Assembly: GCA_040755455.1 (NCBI GenBank)
Contig: JBFMAY010000014.1
Coordinates: 1 to 64,000 of the forward strand
Reading direction: 5' to 3'
DNA: 64,000 nucleotides
DNA from: Thermodesulfobacteriota bacterium
GTDB taxonomy: Bacteria > Desulfobacterota > Desulfobulbia > Desulfobulbales > SURF-16
Of the stretch, positions 60,890 through 64,000 are shown one piece after another. The number at the start of each line of letters is the position of its first letter. Positions within the stretch are counted from its first letter, which is position 1. The notes under the pieces were generated by a model, which searched no databases, was not told the DNA's origin, and saw nothing but the letters and a program-made list of their open reading frames with translations. Position numbers and translations under genes: made by a program.

Positions 60890-61712
60890 GATCGGGATCA
60901 TAGCCGGCGGGGGGCAATTCCCCTATCTTTTTGCCGAAGCGGCGAAAAAGGCCGGCCGGGAGGTGGTCATTATCGGCCACAAGGGAGAGAGCCATCCGGA
61001 TCTGGAGGCAATAGCGGATCGTTTCTGCTGGGTGAAACTCGGCCAGCTGGGCAAGATCATCAAGTTCTTTCACATCGAGCAGGTGGAGGAGACGGTCTTT
61101 CTCGGCACCATCACCAAAACCCGTATTTTCCGTGACGTGCTCCCAGACCTGAAAGGGCTCTCCTTGTGGAATAAAATCGATGTGCGCCAGGATGATTCCA
61201 TCCTGCGTGCCTTTGCCGGTGAGCTGGAGAAGGAGGGGATCAAGGTGCTTGACTCCACCCTTTACCTGCAGCATCTTCTTTTCCCGGCCGGCATTCTCAC
61301 CCGCAGAAAGCCGACGGCCGGCCAGCGGCGGGACATTGATTTTGGTTTTCAGATGGCCCGGGCCATCGGCAAACTTGATATCGGCCAGTGCGTGGTGGTG
61401 CGCGATATGGCGGTGGTGGCGGTGGAGGCCATTGAGGGAACGGATGCCGCCATTAAACGGGGCGGAGCCCTGGCCCGGGAAAACGCGGTGGTGGTGAAGG
61501 TGAAAAAACCTGATCAGGATTTCCGCTTTGATCTGCCGGCCATTGGCCCGACCACCATTGAATCCATGCAGGAGGCCAAGGCCGCCGTGCTGGCCGTTGA
61601 AGCAGGCCAGGCCTTGCTTTTTGATCGTGAGACCGTGATAAGCCAGGCTGAGAAGGCTGGCATCGTGGTTGTTGGCGTGGAAGAGGGAGCAGACGGCAGG
61701 CTGGAGTTCTAA
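60876..61712 (+). CDS. lpxI: UDP-2,3-diacylglucosamine hydrolase LpxI
   Basis: GIIAGGG, DIGQ, EAIEGTD, QD.RFDLP.IG. Confidence 0.9.
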   Translation: MMTSRIGIIAGGGQFPYLFAEAAKKAGREVVIIGHKGESHPDLEAIADRFCWVKLGQLGKIIKFFHIEQVEETVFLGTITKTRIFRDVLPDLKGLSLWNKIDVRQDDSILRAFAGELEKEGIKVLDSTLYLQHLLFPAGILTRRKPTAGQRRDIDFGFQMARAIGKLDIGQCVVVRDMAVVAVEAIEGTDAAIKRGGALARENAVVVKVKKPDQDFRFDLPAIGPTTIESMQEAKAAVLAVEAGQALLFDRETVISQAEKAGIVVVGVEEGADGRLEF

Positions 61713-61790
61713 GGGCGGAGATCTGCCCTGGTCACCCCGGCCCGGAGCGCAACACCCCAAACGCAAAATTCTATTTTCACAGTTCCTTTC

Positions 61791-62657
61791 ATGAAAGCCA
61801 TGATACTTGCAGCGGGTTTCGGCACCCGTCTGAAACCCTATTCCCTGCTCAGGCCGAAACCGCTTTTCCCGGTGCTTGACCTTCCTCTTATCCTGCGCCT
61901 TATCGCCCAACTGCGGGAGGCGGGGTTTGACGCCATTCTGGTGAACTGTCATCACTTGCGGGAACAGATCGTCGATCTGCTCGGCGGCCGTGATGGCATC
62001 TGTCTGCAGGAAGAGCTGATTGAGCTGGGAACCGGGGGCGGCATGCGCATGGCCAGGGATTTTTTCGGCGCCGAGCCGGTGCTGGTGACCAACGGCGATA
62101 TCTTCCATACCATTGATTTGGCCCGGGTCTATCAGGATCACTGCAGCTCAGGGGCTGACGCCACCCTGGTTCTCCATGACTGCGCGCGCTTTAACAATGT
62201 GGCGGTGGATGATAAACTGGATATTACCGCTTTTGGTGACAGCGGCGCCGGCCCAAAAATGGCATTTACCGGCATCCATGTCCTTGACCCCGACCTGTTG
62301 TCAATGATTGCTCCGGGTATTTTCTTTAATATCATCGACTGTTACCGCTACTGGATAGAATGGGGCAAAAGAATCCGCGGCTATGTTGTTCGTGATCACT
62401 TCTGGACGGATATGGGCACCCCGGAGGATTATCTGAACCTGCATCGGGTGCTGTTGACCCAGAAGCCATTTAAAGGGGGGTCGCCCTTCTATTACGGCAG
62501 CGGCGTGGCAATACCATCTGACCTGCAGAGCAGGGACTGGCTGTGTGTCGGGTCCGGTGCCAGCATCGGCCGGGGATGCAGTTTGAGCCGGGTGGTGGTG
62601 TGGAACGGCGCCAGGGTGCCGGATTACGCCATACTGGAAGATACGATTATCGTCTGA
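61791..62657 (+). CDS. Nucleotidyltransferase (MurU-like)
   Basis: MILAAGFGTRL, PKPL, GTGGG, NGD, W.DMGTP; paired with an AmgK-like kinase. Confidence 0.8.
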   Translation: MKAMILAAGFGTRLKPYSLLRPKPLFPVLDLPLILRLIAQLREAGFDAILVNCHHLREQIVDLLGGRDGICLQEELIELGTGGGMRMARDFFGAEPVLVTNGDIFHTIDLARVYQDHCSSGADATLVLHDCARFNNVAVDDKLDITAFGDSGAGPKMAFTGIHVLDPDLLSMIAPGIFFNIIDCYRYWIEWGKRIRGYVVRDHFWTDMGTPEDYLNLHRVLLTQKPFKGGSPFYYGSGVAIPSDLQSRDWLCVGSGASIGRGCSLSRVVVWNGARVPDYAILEDTIIV

Positions 62658-63721
62658 TGACTGAAAACAACCAGGAAAAAGAGTTGATTGTTGCCCTGCT
62701 GCGGGCCCGGGGTCTCCTTGCGGGCGGTGCTTTGCCGCTACTGGAGAAGATGTCCGGCGACGGCTCGGATCGGGGCTTTTACCGCATAGAGATTGCCGGG
62801 GGCCGCTCACTTATCGGCGTTTTCCCGTCGCCGACCCTGGCCAGGGGAGCGGAGGAGCAGGCCGCGGCCTATCGCATCGGTGTCCATCTGCATGACAAGG
62901 GCGTGCCGGTGCCGGAGATTGCCGGCTATGACCCCCAAAACGGCCTGCTTCTGTTTGCGGATCTGGGCAATATCCAGTTGCACGCCGTTGTCCGCCAGGC
63001 CAGTTCCTTTGCCGAAGTGGAACCGCTTTACCACCAGGCCATTGACGGCTTGATCCGCTTGCAGCTGGAGGGGGCGCGTGATTTTGATGTCCGCTTGTGC
63101 TGGGATACCCCTTGCTATGACCTGTCGCTTATGCTCAGCCGGGAATCCGATTATTTCAGGTTTTCCTTCTGCCGGGATTACATGGGAAAAATTGCCGATG
63201 CGCCCGGGCTGCTGCTTGAATTGCAGAACATTGCCCGCCGGGCCGCCCGGGAACCGGCCCGCTATCTGCTGCACCGGGATTTTCAATCGCGCAATCTGCT
63301 GGTGCATGGGGGCAAGGTGCACATCATTGATTATCAGGGCGCGCGGCTTGGCCCCCTGGGCTATGACCTGGCATCCCTGCTGCTTGATCCTTATGCCGGT
63401 TTGAGCCGGGAGTCACAGGAGGCGCTGTACGGGTATTATTACGACACCATAAGCACAGAGCTGGCCCTTGATCCGGAAAATTTCCGGGCCGGCTATTACT
63501 GTCTGGCCCTGCAGCGCAATCTGCAGATACTTGGCGCCTTTGCCTTTTTGAGCCGGAAGAAGGGCAAGGTTTTTTTTGAACAGTTTATCCTGCCTGCCCT
63601 CGCTTCCCTCATGGCTCTTCTGCACGATCCCCTGGGCAGGGAATACACCTCCCTGGCCGGGCTGGTCGGAGAGCTGGAAGAACAGCTTAACAAGGCACAA
63701 TTTTTTAAAATGGATGATTAA
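62657..63721 (+). CDS. Aminoglycoside-phosphotransferase-fold kinase (AmgK-like)
   Basis: [34 protein letters not shown] overlaps the upstream TGA. Confidence 0.8.
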   Translation: MTENNQEKELIVALLRARGLLAGGALPLLEKMSGDGSDRGFYRIEIAGGRSLIGVFPSPTLARGAEEQAAAYRIGVHLHDKGVPVPEIAGYDPQNGLLLFADLGNIQLHAVVRQASSFAEVEPLYHQAIDGLIRLQLEGARDFDVRLCWDTPCYDLSLMLSRESDYFRFSFCRDYMGKIADAPGLLLELQNIARRAAREPARYLLHRDFQSRNLLVHGGKVHIIDYQGARLGPLGYDLASLLLDPYAGLSRESQEALYGYYYDTISTELALDPENFRAGYYCLALQRNLQILGAFAFLSRKKGKVFFEQFILPALASLMALLHDPLGREYTSLAGLVGELEEQLNKAQFFKMDD

Positions 63722-63722
63722 A

Positions 63723-64000
63723 ATGCAAAATACCCGTTGCCCGCTGGTGGCGCTTGTCGGCCGACCCAACGTGGGCAAATCCACCCTGTTTAACCGCATT
63801 ACCAAGGCGAGAAAGGCGATCGTCGATCCCACCCCGGGTGTAACCCGTGACCGCCATTATGAAAAGGTGACGGTAAACGACCGGCAGTTTATTCTCATTG
63901 ATACGGGCGGTATTGAGCTTGACCGGGATGAAACCATGAGCACTCTGATTCAGCAGCAGACCAGACAGGCCATTGACGAGGCGGATATCATCGTCCTGCT
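63723..64000 (+). CDS. der: Ribosome biogenesis GTPase Der/EngA (5' part, runs off the window)
   Basis: [14 protein letters not shown]...AIV...PGVTRDR...DTGG. Confidence 0.93.
   Translation, partial: MQNTRCPLVALVGRPNVGKSTLFNRITKARKAIVDPTPGVTRDRHYEKVTVNDRQFILIDTGGIELDRDETMSTLIQQQTRQAIDEADIIVL

Overview
GC-rich bacterial chromosome window. Gene content and order (futalosine mqnB/mqnD, PxxKW protein, multiheme cytochrome, psd inside the ilv-leu block) suggest Desulfobacterota, possibly Desulfobulbaceae-like; this is inference. Most of it is housekeeping: lon/hsp20, xseA, panCD, mqnBD, ilvBN, leuA, asd, coaD, pilC, eno, IHF, lpxD-fabZ-lpxA-lpxI, murU/amgK-like and a partial der. Two accessory immune-like islands stand out. 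(1) 14.4-18.6 kb: a REPIN-bounded cassette with a RAYT transposase and an NLR-like gene (Bell-like helical domain, amyloid-like G/A/V motif, NACHT, FGE-sulfatase/CLec domain) whose 3' end looks like a diversity-generating-retroelement (DGR) target. (2) 45.2-52.4 kb: a four-gene cluster of TIR-STAND-TPR, calcineurin-like phosphoesterase, CHAT caspase-like protease with a TPR-S-like tail and a stand-alone RyR-domain protein, carrying the same REP family. The ORF track also truncates a probable DsrE-family selenoprotein (UGA readthrough, UxxC, SECIS-like hairpin). A candidate structured RNA lies at about 36.9-37.2 kb. No rRNA, tRNA or CRISPR array was seen. All calls come from reading motifs by eye; no searches were run.
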